The notes: generated by a model from the sequence alone, not told the origin. Positions 1-13,217 are shown, numbered from the stretch's first letter. The stretch: 64,000 nucleotides of DNA from Hormiphora californensis (GCA_020137815.1 CM035362.1:4216001-4280000); one strand, 5' to 3'. A program made the numbers and translations.

Positions 1-320
1 GACAGTTCATGGTAGATGATGAGCACTTGTCAGCGCTTCACAATACATGGTCTGGAATTTCCAGTGGAAAAAGCCGTGCGCACGTGGGATTTGATGCTGA
101 CATACGACAGCGCTTGGATCCATTGCAACCTATTTTCGCTACGTATGTGAGATTGATCTCGGTCGCTGGGGGACCTCGATCTCACTCAGGTGTCAATGTC
201 ACCAGCCACCAGACAGCTGTTGCGGCTCGTTGAGTCAGGGAGTTAAAAACAAAAACAAAACAGCAGAGTTTGAGCTTATTTGAAATAGCATTGCGAACTT
301 TATTATTAATATATTGGTAG

Positions 321-429
321 TAGGAACCGACCGAAACAAGTAAACAACCAATCAGAACTCTTTATTTAGGTCACGTGACTGGTTATCAGCCAATCAGGGA
401 CCAGTATTTCCTGATTCGGTCGGTTCCTG
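321..429. mobile_element. 109-bp hAT-like MITE, copy 1
   Basis: TIR (C/T)AGGAACCGACCGAA...TTCGGTCGGTTCCTG; 8-bp TSD ATTGGTAG on both sides. Confidence 0.85.
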
Positions 430-944
430 ATTGGTAGTATAAAGTTGTCATGGTGACCAGACGCAGCCCAGTAAGCGGACAGGAAAAGAGCGACGCGTCT
501 GGTATGTATATTATAGGAGTTATATAATAAATTAGAATCATAAATCATATATGTATATATCTCTCTCAGTCTCTATTAATAGTAACCGTACAAAACGGTG
601 TTTAAAATTATGTATAAAAGCTTGGTATGTATAAAAGTATAAAATATATTAATAACATTTCTAGTGTATAAATAAAAACGGTTTGCTTCTTGAGAGAGAA
701 AAAATGTCTAGCTATTAGAAATGTACCTTAAAAATAACAAAACAGAAAGGAATGGATATACCCTAGGAGCTTAAAAATATCCGAATTATTTCAATTAGGT
801 ATATTTTCAGCTCCTGGATTTAAACTTTCCAAGCTCCTATCAATCTTAAGGCCATTTCTCTTTCTCCCTCTCTCTCTCGCGTCATGGATTCTTGAGCCGC
901 CGGGCTGCAATAATATTTACACGTTTTGGCGATACATATCACGG

Positions 945-1177
945 GGGATTACGGGGGCTCGAATAGATCGCCCGTATAGATCGCCCGTACCAGTCCCCCG
1001 TACATTTGCTTTGCGCATTACGTTTCATCGCACTTTCACCACAACAAAACACGTTGCGCGTTACGTGCATGTGTTTTTTTGTGGTGAAAGTGTGGTGAAA
1101 CGTAATGCGCAAAGCAAATGTACGGGGGACTGGTACGGGCGATCTATACGGGCGTCTCATCCGGGCCCCCGTAATCC
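945..1177. mobile_element. Palindromic MITE-like element with about 105-bp arms
   Basis: ggattacgggggc..cgcccgtaccagtcccccgtacatttgctttgcgcattacgtttca..ctttcaccaca is mirrored by its reverse complement ending gcccccgtaatcc. Confidence 0.8.
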
Positions 1178-1440
1178 GCTGCCTATCTCTCTCTCTTTCT
1201 CAAACATATTTTATTACTATCCAGTTCGATCCAGACAGGTTTTCTCTTCGTCTGCTTCTCTGGTCCACAATTTCCCTCATGTAGATTTTGGTCTAAAAAC
1301 AGAGCTGGCATATAAAAACTAAAAACATGGGTCTATCTTTATCGATTAAGATATTGTGTCCATATAAAGTATAAAACTTATATATAGTCAGTGTATGTAT
1401 AAATCCTTGATAAAAGGTAAAAAGAATACATATATGATGG

Positions 1441-1513
1441 CTGTCTGGCGGCGCCAGACCCCAATTTGAGTCTCAAACAATGCGCTCAGATGGGGCCGCG
1501 GCGCCGCCAGACA
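1441..1513. mobile_element. Small hairpin/MITE (CTGTCTGGCGGCGCC TIR); related copy at about 45165-45253
   Basis: ctgtctggcggcgcc...ggcgccgccagacag; tgcgctcagatggg core shared with the 45.2 kb copy. Confidence 0.6.
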
Positions 1514-1664
1514 GGTTGATGAAGCCTAATTAAAATCCTAGTAGGATTCCTACGGAATAGTTGATGATAAGATCTGAACTCTCTCTCTCCGTCTCAATGT
1601 CACTACCTATACATATCAATGTCTCTCTCTATCTCCCTCGACTCATGACCATATATGGTATTGT

Positions 1665-4600
1665 CTATGGTTTTTTATCTGATGAATCTTTAGGGTTGTA
1701 GATTTTCCGAACATCCTTTGCACACACGGCACACCTAGCAACACCCTCATCCAGGATCTGTGTGACACCATCGTATACACTTCCCATACCCCACATGCCG
1801 GGTTGGGTCGTCTCCTGGTTCTGGGCGAGCCAGTAGTCGATATTGTTGATGTAGAAGGCACAGGTTCCTCGGCCGAGACACTCAATAAAGGTTGGAATGT
1901 AGAAGTTTTCAAGACAGGAACCGGCACTGGAAAGATCTTGTCCAGAGCCACTGTCGCCAGATGATGTTCCCTGTGGAAAGGGAAAACATCAAAATATAGC
2001 ATTGCTATTTTTTTATTATTAAATAATATTCGGAATATATCTCGGTCCGGAAATAGTTGGTGAAGATCGAATACAATATGAATCATGGGCGACAAGTCCC
2101 AAATACTCACGAAACAGTGCATTCTTCAATGTACTCAGTGTACTCAATGTACTCAGTGTACACAATGCACTCAATGTACTCAATGCACCCAATGTACTCA
2201 ATGTACTCAATGTACTCAATGTACTCAATGTACTCAATGTACTCAATGTAATCAATGTACTCAGTGTACTCAATGTACTCAATGTACTCAATTTACTCAA
2301 TGTACTAACCATTAGGTAAGAGTATCCGTCCCAAATCTCGTGGAATCCGTCTGGACAGGCGGGTGTCTCAGCGGTAAAGGAGTGACGGGTGACAATCTTG
2401 GATGGTCCACCACACACATTACATCGTGAGATACGGCTGAAAGAGGGACATTTTAGAGAGATCAGGGAGAGGGAAATATAGTGTGTGAGAGAGAAAGAGA
2501 TCAAAAACAAACGTGAATATTACTCCTTCATCAAACTTTACACTCACGGGATCATATCATCAAGGTTGTTCATTGGTTTCTCCGTCATGTCGGGACTGCC
2601 CTCAGTAGCCAGCCAGAAAGCCTTATCTGTTCGGAGCCCATGTCGGCAAGCCTCGTCCCCGGAACACTGCATCATTGGTACAGTTTGGAACTCCTCGAGA
2701 CAAGATCCGGATGATCCGAGTTCTTGTTCAACGGAGTGTCCGTTACCTGGCAACAGGGATAACAAGTGTTAGGGGAGGGGTAAACGTTACCTGGTTACCG
2801 GGGTGACAAGTGTTAGGGTAGGGGTAACCGTTACCTGGTTACCGGGGTGACAAATGTTAGAGGAGGGGTAACCGGGGGAACAAGTGTAGAGCGGGGGTGG
2901 GGTGACAGCTGTGAGAAGGAATTGTTTATGAAGGAGCAGTCTCCATCCAATTTTACCTTCCAAGTATACGAGGGAGTATCCAGTCCATAGGGAGGCGAAT
3001 CCATCAGGGCATGTAGGGATAGAATCGGTCTGGGAGTGTCGGGTAAGAACATGCATGTCGCACATTTTGCAGGATTTTTCCATAAGAGGACAACCACAGG
3101 CACCGTCATCACCCTCTGGTCCCTTATCTCCATCGTCACCAGAGTCACCCTGCGGTAATCACTGTTAAAATATGCTCCCTGAAGGCGATAGTGATTGTCC
3201 AGGTGCTACCCATATAAAATTCTAAACGACTAGAACAATTATTATACATATGTTGTAGTGAACCATAACAAAGTTCAAGAGCGCACCCCGCTGTTAACAA
3301 CTGTTAAAAGTAGGTTTGTGGCGAGAGGTTTGGAGCTATAATTACAAAGGTAGCATTGTATGACTTACGTATTCCCCATCATCACCATCATCTCCATCTT
3401 CACCTACAGCACCACCTTCACCGGGTAATCCATCAAGTCCATCAGGGCCATCATCTCCAACGGCTCCTTGGTCTCCAGCCTCACCATCGAGTCCCGCGGC
3501 GCCCTTTGATCCGGAGGGTCCGGGTAGGCCAGGCTCTCCGTCAACTCCATCAGCTCCATCAGCTCCATCAGCTCCAGGCTCTCCCATTTCTCCATCGAAA
3601 CCGTCGAATCCATCATCTCCAAAGTCACCCGGATCTCCCACATTAGCGATTCCCATTTGATCTCTGTTGGACTCGATGAAGTTGAAGAATGTGTCAATGT
3701 CTCCCGTTTTGGGCTTGTAAGTGTTCATATCAAATTCGGTACCAGGAGCTCCAGGTGGGCCCTCTTCGCCGGGTTCTCCCTTAGCTCCAACATCGCCAAC
3801 TGGACCCTCCGCACCATCCGTAGCATCTTCTCCGGGGGGACCTTGGTTTCCGTCTACTCCAGCCTCTCCCTGTGAGTAGGAGTATCATGGGTTAGTTGGC
3901 GGGAAAGGGCAATAGTCAATCGCCAGTTAGTTTGGTGTTAGTTGTATTGTTAGTTGCATTGTTGTATATTGTTGTCAGTTAGTTTGGCTAATTTGGTGAT
4001 CATGCTGGACTTGGCCTCTATTATAATATCGACTCGGCAGAAACATTAGTGCTATGCCATAATACGAACCTTTGGTCCTTGTGGTCCCACGGCACCTTCA
4101 TCACCATCTACACCATCGTCTCCGGGAACTCCGACAGGTCCAACGACTCCAACCACACCGGGCAATCCGTCAAAACCATCATCACCAGGCTCTCCCTTCA
4201 TTGCATCCTCTCCATCGGCTCCATCAACACCAGCATCTCCAGTAACGGGTTCTCCCTTCGCGCCTGTAGGACCATCAGGACCATCAGCACCGGGGATACC
4301 ATCGTCACCAGGGAGACCATCAAAACCCTGTAAGATATGAAATTAATGAAATGAACCTTTGCGGTATTACAAAATTGTACAAAGTTTCATATATCGTTTA
4401 TTTGACTGTGAGAAGCTGCTGTAGTAACTGTACACTACAGGTCTTTCGCGCCAATTGGCGTGACAGTCCTGAAGTGTGTCTTGCAGGGAAATCACTTACA
4501 TCTTCTCCCATGTCTCCTGTTTCACCCTTGGGTCCAGTTGCTCCTGGGAGTCCGGTTTCACCTGCTTCTCCCGTAGGTCCCTGATCTCCTACAGGTCCCT

Positions 4601-7600
4601 GGGGTCCAATAGGACCTTGGTCACCCTCATCACCATCAGCACCATCCTCACCATCGGGAGGGGGTTCACGCGTGAGTCCATCCATATCCAGAATTCCAGG
4701 AAGTCCAGGAGCTCCATCAAGTCCATTGATACCAGGTGGGCCCATTTCTCCCTGGGCTCCCTTGGGGCCCATATCACCGACGGCTCCTTGGTCTCCGACA
4801 ATACCTTGATCTCCTTCGTCACCTACGTCACCTACGGGACCTTGGGGACCATTCATACCATTGATACCATCAAGACCGTCCACTCCTGGATCACCGACAG
4901 CTCCAGTTTCACCGACCTCGCCCTCAGGTCCGGCAGGTCCCTGAATGTGATGGATGGTGTGAGTAATAATTGTGTCATATTTCAACCCTAAACATCAATT
5001 TAATTGCCACATAGCTCTGTAACACCTACTTCAGCTCCATCAGCTCCATCAAGTCCAGGCAATCCATCATATCCATCGGCACCATCGGCACCAACGTCTC
5101 CGACGGGACCTTGGTTGCCATTGAGTCCATCAGCACCGGGCTCTCCGACGGGTCCTTGATCTCCAACTTCTCCCTAGATTAAGAAATGTCAATTCATGGA
5201 TGCACTGATAAATTAATGATTGGAGATTGCGGTGCAGCAATGTGTTGGTGACAATCAGGAACCGACCGAAACAAGCAAACAACCACCCATAACTCGTTAT
5301 TTAGGTCACGTGACTGGTTATCAGCCAATCAGGGACCAGTATTTCCTGATTCGGTCGGTTCCTGCGGTGCAGCAATGTGGTGGTGATAATTTAAAACTTT
5401 CTTACCTTCTGTCCTTCATCACCGACAACGACTTGTCCAATACTTCCGATGTCTCCAGAAAGTCCCTGGACTCCCTTGGGTCCTTGAGGTCCCTGTTCTC
5501 CCTTGGCTCCATCAAGTCCAGACGGTCCATCGGTTCCAGGTTCTCCCTCAGCTCCCTGAGCACCAATATCTCCAAGAGCTCCCTTGGCTCCTACGGGCCC
5601 TTGGTCTCCATCAACTCCATCAACTCCATCAAGACCAGGTGCGCCAGCTGCGCCTTCGTCACCGAGGGGTCCCTGATCTCCCTCAGGTCCTTCGTCTCCA
5701 ACCTCACCCTTAGCACCATCTATACCGTCATCTCCTGGGATTCCGACATCACCGACATCACCGACGGGACCCTGGTCACCGAGGGGACCTTGAATACCAT
5801 CAGCACCATCAAGACCATCAAGACCATCGTATCCATCAGCGCCAGGCTCACCAACAGGTCCGTCAGCTCCGACGGGTCCTTGGTCACCGACGGGTCCCTG
5901 GTCGCCAACTTCACCGACAGCTCCATCAGCGCCGGGTATCCCGTCAAATCCATCAGTACCGGGGATACCAGCTGCACCCTCGGCACCCATATCACCTTCA
6001 TCACCGGGAGGTCCTACAGTGTCATCACCGGTGGCTCCGATATCACCAACGGGTCCCACAGGTCCCTCGATACCAACCGGACCGACAACACCTTCAGGTC
6101 CTTCAGGTCCTTCGGGTCCTTGGGCTCCATCAAGGCCATCAGCTGCATCTTCTCCTGCATCTCCTGCATCTCCTGCAACCCCTTGGATTCCATCCACTCC
6201 ATCATCTCCCTGAGGGCCGGTAGCTCCTGTATCTCCAGTGGGACCATCAAGACCATCTTCTCCAACGTCTCCGACGGGACCTTCAGCTCCGATTTCACCC
6301 TTGGGTCCATCGGCTCCATCATCACCGGGAATTCCATCATAACCATCGTCACCGGGAATACCATCGAGTCCATCAGCACCATCCTCACCGGCTGGTCCCT
6401 GAGCACCCTCATCACCCATTGGTCCAACATCCCCAACTTCCCCAGTAGGACCCTGGTCACCCTCATCACCATCAATGCCATCAGCACCATCAATGCCAGG
6501 AATACCATCAAATCCTGCGTCTCCCTCTGCTCCCATAGGACCCATATCACCTTCTTCCCCAACGGCTCCGGTAGCACCATCGAAACCATCAGTACCAGGA
6601 GCTCCATCAAGACCATCAAGACCATCATCACCAAGTTCACCCTGGGGTCCTTCAGGTCCAACGTCACCGGGATCTCCCACGCCACCATCAGCTCCATCAG
6701 CTCCATCAGCTCCATCCGCACCATCGGCACCATCAGGTCCAACAGGACCGACTTCTCCTATGTCTCCAGTTGCACCATCAGGAGCATCGTCACCATGAGC
6801 ACCATCGAGGCCGGCTTCTCCCTTAGGTCCCTGAAGTCCCTCATCTCCCTCACCACCATCAACACCATCAACACCGTCAGCACCGTCAGCACCGTCAGCA
6901 CCATCAAGACCATCAAGACCATTAGAACCATCAGCACCAGGCTCTCCGGGGGCACCAACTTCACCAACTTCACCAACGAGTCCGTCAATTCCATTGATCC
7001 CGTCGACTCCGTCGATTCCAGCCTCTCCCTTCTCTCCGACTAGACCCTGGTCACCTGTCTCTCCATCAATACCATCAGCACCATCATCACCATCGAAACC
7101 GTTATAACCATCAGGTCCTGGTTCCCCTACTTCGCCGGTAGCTCCCTTGGCACCATCAAGACCCTGAAATGAAGTAACAAGTGAGTTAATTCAGTTGTTG
7201 TTAATTCAGTACTGTTAGCTGTTGGTATTTAACAACAATAAAATGACTAAACTTACATCGGCACCATCAGGACCGTCGGCACCATCAACACCGGGAATTC
7301 CGTCAGCACCGTCCATTCCAGCTTCTCCAACGGCTCCTTGGTCTCCAACGGGTCCCATTTCACCACCATCTCCTTCAGCACCGTCGACTCCCTGGACACC
7401 CTCAGCACCCTCATCTCCCTCGGGTCCGACAACATCGGCACCGTCAAGGCCATCAACACCATCAAGGCCATCAGCACCGGCGTCACCCTGGGGTCCCTGG
7501 AGTCCCTGGGGTCCAACAATATCATCTCCAGGCTCACCCTTAGATCCAGTAACTCCATCTAGTCCATCGAGACCATCATCACCTGAGAATAATAAATTAG

Positions 7601-10600
7601 TAATTAGTAAATTAGTAATTTAAAATGACTAGTCTTTGTCAGGTTTAGTAGTCCGTTCCAGCAGGAGAGTGCTCGATCTCGACAGGTGTCGGAGAGCTAG
7701 TTACACAAAGGAAAACTACTGTTTAGTTTGTCAGGTTTATACAAGAAACCGAGTTTTGGGTCCCAAAGTTAGTTTTGCATAAAAGCTAACAGAATGCATA
7801 TATTGTCTAGTTTTGAAACTCCAGCGCCTTTTCAGATACACCAGATGTCAGTTAAAAAAGGAAGTTATACCTACGGGTCCCTCAGGTCCCTCAGGTCCCA
7901 CAGGTCCTTCGTCTCCGGTAGGGCCATCTCCACCCTCAACTCCCATATCACCAAAATCACCCTCCTCTCCCTAGGCAGATAGATAAAGTTTAGATAGGAA
8001 GAAAGGACGGGAATTGAGAAAGTTGTGAGGAAACTATTATTGTTATTATAGTGTGCAATTATATCACTGTGGTTGATGATGGGGAATAGATCCTCCGGGA
8101 TAACTCGACAGAGAAATACACTAGTGTTTCAATTTGTAGTGTGCAATTATACCTTTTCTCCTTGGAATCCATCATCACCATCATCACCATCAAGACCATC
8201 GAAACCAGGTGCACCGGTATCGCCGGTTTCTCCCTGAGGCCCGACATCACCGACATCACCGACAGGACCCTCATCTCCAGGAACACCCTGGTCTCCTTTA
8301 ATAAAGTTTATGTAAGTTTTTCCCTTCTCTCCCTTCTGACCTTCACCACCTTCAAGACCATCAAGACCATCAGCTCCTGGAAAACCATCAAACCCAGCCA
8401 GTCCCTCCTCTCCAGGCGCTCCATCAAGTCCCTAAATATCGGGGGAAACGGATTAGTAATTTATAATTATAATTATAATTATAATTATTGTATTTACTAA
8501 TCGATTAGTTAGATAATTGATCATAGCACGGAGGCAGATTATAGTTGATACTGTAACTACTTACAAAGAACCGACCAACACAAGTAAACAATCAATCAGA
8601 ACTCATTATTTAGGTCACGTGAGTGGTTATCAGCCAATCAGGGACCAGTATTTCCTACTACTTACATCGATTCCAGGTACACCCTGGTATCCCTGAGGAC
8701 CCATTGGGCCCTCCTCTCCCTTGAGTCCTATAGGTCCCTCAGCTCCAATATCTCCATCTTCACCATCAATTCCGGGTATACCTTCGAATCCAACCGCTCC
8801 GGGCTCTCCTTGGTCTCCAGGGATTCCTGTGACACCGGTGTCTCCCTGCTCTCCCTCAGCACCGTCAGCACCATCTACACCGGGAACGCCATCAATGCCA
8901 ACACCGGCCTCACCAACGGGTCCAACATCACCCTCATCCCCAACGGGGCCATCAACACCATCATCGCCATTGATACCATCAATTCCGTCATCACCAGGAG
9001 CACCGACGTCGCCCTGGGGTCCCTCGGGTCCGATAGGTCCAACTTCGCCAGTCTCTCCCACGTCGCCATCAAGACCATCTTCACCATCGATACCATCAAA
9101 CCCGGGAACACCAGCCTCACCCTTGAGACCCTGAAGTCCGGGAGCACCATCTTGACCGTCGTAACCATCGAAACCAGGCTCTCCTTTTTGGCCGACAGAG
9201 GGGGGTCCTTCCTCCCCCTCTCCCCCGTCAATTCCGGGGAGTCCATCATCACCGGAAATACCCGGGGCTCCCTGAAAACAAAGATAAGTTACGCAGTTTT
9301 AATAATAATAATAATAATAATATCTAAACTTGCATCCTGCCCAGATCCCCCAGGGTTAGCATAGCATAGCTAGTGCTGCCACTGAGGGATAATCAGAGCA
9401 GTTTACTGACACACTGACACCAAAATTAGTCAAAACAGTTTTTATTAACCTGGGGTCCGACGTCTCCGAGGGGACCCTCAACACCTGTAAGACCGTCGGT
9501 TCCGTTACATCCGTCAACACCAGGAACTCCATCTAGTCCGTCCGCACCGTTAAGTCCGGGGGCACCCTTTTCTCCAGATTCACCCTCGACTCCCTTCTCT
9601 CCTCGGGGACCTCGGCTACCAGTGTTTCCGGGGGCTCCAGGATAACCGTAATCTCCCTCAAGACCAGTCTCACCCTTAACACCCTCCATTCCGTCGGGTC
9701 CTGGGAGCAGGGAAGGCTATAGTTATTTAGGAGAACAAACTCTCTAATTGGGACGATGGTATAAATGATTCGGGGGATAATAATGCATTTATAGGTATAA
9801 ATCAACTACCGTTGTTTTTAATTTGAATAACTCAACTATGATATTGATTATAACGGGACCAGAGTACAACGTTTAGAATCCTGAGAAGATCAAGAATAAA
9901 GATTCTGGTATTATTTGAAAGGGCTATAGTGAACAATACATACCTGGGTATCCCTCGGGACCAGTTGGTCCTTGAGACCCCTTGTCACCCGTCATTCCCT
10001 TTAAAAACTTGGCTTGCTGAAGGGAATATGGGGTGTGTGTTATTTGGAGGAAGAAGGAAGTATTAAACACACACGTCACACGCACATATTCCCAAAAACC
10101 CAAACAGCAAACAACGTACATCAAACGGGGCTAGAGAACTGTCAGAGCATTGGCCTGACCCTATTCTGTGGTCAGAGCAAATTGGCCTGACAGCTTGAGA
10201 AAGAGCCTTGAGTCACACCAGCTAGCAGGAACCGACCGAAACAAGTAAACAACCAATCAGAACTCATTATTTAGGTCACGTGACTGGTTATCAGCCAATC
10301 AGGGACCAGTATTTCCTGATTCGGTCGGTTCCTGCCAGCTAGTAAACACGTACAAGGGCTGTTGGCTACAAAAACAGCTATCTGTTTAAGCAACTAAAAA
10401 TTCCCTGTTAACAGCTCTGTTTTTGCAACTTTTCGTTTTCTGCAGATCTGCTCAGATCTGAGCTCAGAATTTTACCGGCTCTGAAAAGTTGCAAAAACTG
10501 AGCTGTTTTTTATGTGAGCAGTGGCTGTTAGTTGTACATCAACAGACCTCACGCGTTAACTAGGGCAGCATGTATATTCTTGAAAGGCTACACTGTCCCT

Positions 10601-11327
10601 GATCACAATCGCACTGCGGCAGCTGTGAAAACTCTGTCATGTATTGTCCATATATGGGCATATGACATCATAAAATAGCCATATATGGGCATATGACATC
10701 ATATGGTCTCGATTCATGCAGCCCCGTCACACACACCCTCACATGGTCACTATGGAGCTTCACAAAGACAAAATTGCGAGCTCACCTAGAACATGGCTTC
10801 TTTACTTGACCGCCTAGATTGGAAGTATATATCTTGTTTTGGCGCAAATAACCCTCTAGATACCATCAAATAACCATTAAATAACCCTCTAATAACCCGG
10901 CCCTCTAATAACCCGAATTATCGATTATTGTACGAACCAACGTGCCCACTTATCTGATAAATAGGTATTTTTTAATCTACCTAAATTACATAACCCCAAT
11001 ATCCTAACCCCAATGTATCCAACCGATATAGTGACCCAGTTATCCTTCACATATACACCCACTATATTAATATTAGTACTGCAAAATCGTTATTTCTCTT
11101 TAATTGAAACACCCACTGATTTGAAATTCATTTTATCTATAGAATATCCCGCCCACAAAGGTATAATTTGCTGATACCCAGCTACATCTCCTACAATCAC
11201 CCCTACATCCCGCACTTACCCTACGACAGCATGCCGCGGGGTCCGCCTCTGGATCTGCCTCGGGGTCCGCATCAGCCCTCACAGCGCATAGGATGGCCAG
11301 TCCACACAACACAATAGATAATCTCAT
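1665..11327 (-). CDS. COL4A-like: Type IV collagen alpha chain A (highly acidic), 16 coding exons, about 1889 aa
   Basis: Signal peptide [19 protein letters not shown]-terminal CC, 7S-like GCNGT motif, interrupted Gly-X-Y, two-C4 NC1 (RHSQT..CP..LWTGYS; QELG..GSCLE; SRC..C). Hand-read exons: 11327-11220, 10016-9944, 9700-9450, 9271-8666, 8431-8153, 7970-7871, 7582-7257, 7163-5406, 5173-5030, 4940-4500, 4327-4070, 3869-3369, 3149-2957, 2746-2548, 2436-2310, 1970-1665. All introns GT-AG and phase-consistent; total 5670 nt, stop TAG. Confidence 0.93.
2128..2306. repeat. 9-bp intronic minisatellite (GTACTCAAT) starting at a collagen A NC1 donor
   Basis: About 20 units. Confidence 0.9.
5256..5364. 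mobile_element. 109-bp hAT-like MITE, copy 2 (collagen A intron)
   Basis: Same TIRs and body; flanked by a 26-bp imperfect direct repeat. Confidence 0.85.
8564..8657. mobile_element. Degenerate/truncated copy of the 109-bp MITE next to a collagen A splice donor
   Basis: aaccgacc..caatcagaactcattatttaggtcacgtga..ccaatcagggaccagtatttcct. Confidence 0.75.
10226..10334. mobile_element. 109-bp hAT-like MITE, copy 4 (collagen A intron 1)
   Basis: Perfect TIRs; 8-bp TSD CCAGCTAG. Confidence 0.88.
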
Positions 11328-11367
11328 CTTCTCAGATGGTCCGAGATGTAATTTTGTGTTCCACGTT

Positions 11368-12420
11368 CAGGTTTCTTTTCACACCTAGCACATCATAGGG
11401 AAAGGGGAGGGTTGAGAGAGGGAGAGCAGGACTGTGAGAGGGAGAGCAGGGTTTCTTTTCACACCTAGCACATCATAGGGAAAGAGGAAGGTTTGAGAGC
11501 GAGAGCAGGGTTGAGAGGGAGGGAAAGGGGAGGGTTGAGAGATGGAGAGCAGGACTGTGAGAGCGAGAGCAGGGTTTCTTTTCACACCTAGCACATCATA
11601 CGGAAGGGGGAGGGTTGAGAGAGAGGGGGAGAGCAGGGCTGTGAGGGAGGGAAAGGGGAGGGTTGAGAGGGAGGGAGAGCAGGGCTGTGAGATAGGGAAA
11701 GGGGAGTGTTGAGAGATGGAGAGCGAGAACAGGGCTGTGAGAGAGGGAAAGGGGAGGGTTGAGAGAGCAGGATTGAGAGGGAGGGAGAGCAGGGTTGAGA
11801 GAGAGAGAGAGGGAGAGCAGGTTCGAGAGGGGGAGCAGGGCTGTGAGAGAGGGAGAGCAGGGCTGTGAGAAAGGGAAAGGGGAGGGTTGAGAGAGGGAGA
11901 GCAGGGGAGGATTGTGAGAGCAAGAAACATGGAGGTCGAGGCAAGTGTAAGAGCGGGGAGGGAGTGTTGAGAGGGAGCAAGGGCTTGGAAGGGCAAGTAA
12001 ATGTGGCCTGTAGCTTGTACGGAGGATTGAGGAATGAGGGCTAGTGAATGGTAGATCTGCAAGATCAAGGTTGGGGAGGGAGAGCAGAGTTTAGAGGGTG
12101 AGCAGGAAGACTAGGGGGAGAGCAAGGTTGGGAGGGAAAGCATGCAAGGGGGAAGAAGATGATATGAAGCTTGTGCAGGGATGGGGAAGAAGAGAAATCG
12201 GCTGGGAGGAAAAGCAGTGTTGACGAAGAATAGGTTGGGGAGGGAAAGCAAGGTTGGGGAGGGAAAGCAAGGCTGGGGATTGAAAGGGGAGGGAGAGCAA
12301 GGTTGGGGAGGGAGAACAGGATTGAGAGGGAGAGCAGGATTGATAGAGAGGGAGAGCAAGGTTGGGGAGGGAGAGCAAGGTTGGGGTGGGAAGCAAGGTT
12401 GGGGAGGGAGAGCATGTGGG
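11368..12420. repeat. Purine-rich degenerate minisatellite (gggagagcagg/ggttgagag) upstream of collagen A
   Basis: Repeated G/A-rich motifs, including three copies of caggtttcttttcacacctagcacatcata. Confidence 0.75.
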
Positions 12421-12700
12421 TAATGAAGGAGGGACAGTTTCATTGATGCAGTCCTTGTAGGAAACAGCCGCTGTAGGGAGAGCTCAATCTCTCGTTCTTT
12501 ATCTCTGAAACAATTTCTTGAGGTGGGTTACAATAATTAACGTTGATTAACGTTAATTAATTCATATATTTCGAGTTGTTTAGGGAACTCTGTGTGTGTT
12601 CGTTATCTCGCCATAAACTCTCGTCTTAGACATGAACTAGAAAGGGAGTGTCACCGGTTAGAGAGATAAAGATAGAGAGATAAAGATAGTCCGATATCTA

Positions 12701-12746
12701 TACAGGGTGTCCCACTTTCTTGTAGCTTTTAGCGGGACACCCTGTA
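12701..12746. mobile_element. Tiny TA-flanked Tc1/mariner-type hairpin remnant
   Basis: TA-CAGGGTGTCCC...GGGACACCCTG-TA; half copy at about 55255. Confidence 0.6.
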
Positions 12747-13217
12747 TTACAATGGGGGGCCATCTGTATATGGTGACACTCGAGGTGAGAAACAGAGAAA
12801 AAGAGCGAGAGTGTATTGGCCAAATATGGTCATGTGATGTAAATGCCCATATATGGGGTTCACGTGACCGCACGACCATATTTGGACAATATACTTGATC
12901 ACACATACACACAGAGCCCCCTATTGAGCATCGGACAAAGAACAAAATACGGGAATTAAACTGCTGCGGAAATATAAAAGTGGTTTACAAGATTTAAAAA
13001 TATGATATAAAAACTATATAAAACGTGGTGGGAGAAGAGAGAATGATCTCAGAGAGACTAAGAGTATCTCTCTATTCCCTCTTTTCCCTAAAAATGTCCT
13101 GGCTGAAAGTTACACCGCCCCACCGAGGGGAACAGTGATCACCTTCAAGTTCAACCTAAATAAAAATTGTTCATACACACGGATCACACTACAAAGTCTC
13201 ACACACCTTACAAAGAT

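Noticed and set aside
2019-2510. CTQ/STL/MYS repeat ORFs (metallothionein-like appearance)
   Set aside because: Translations of a 9-bp intronic minisatellite.
5220-7043. 607-aa plus-strand Ser/Thr/Ile-rich ORF and similar ORFs opposite collagen exons
   Set aside because: Antisense or alternative-frame shadows of Gly-X-Y codon periodicity.
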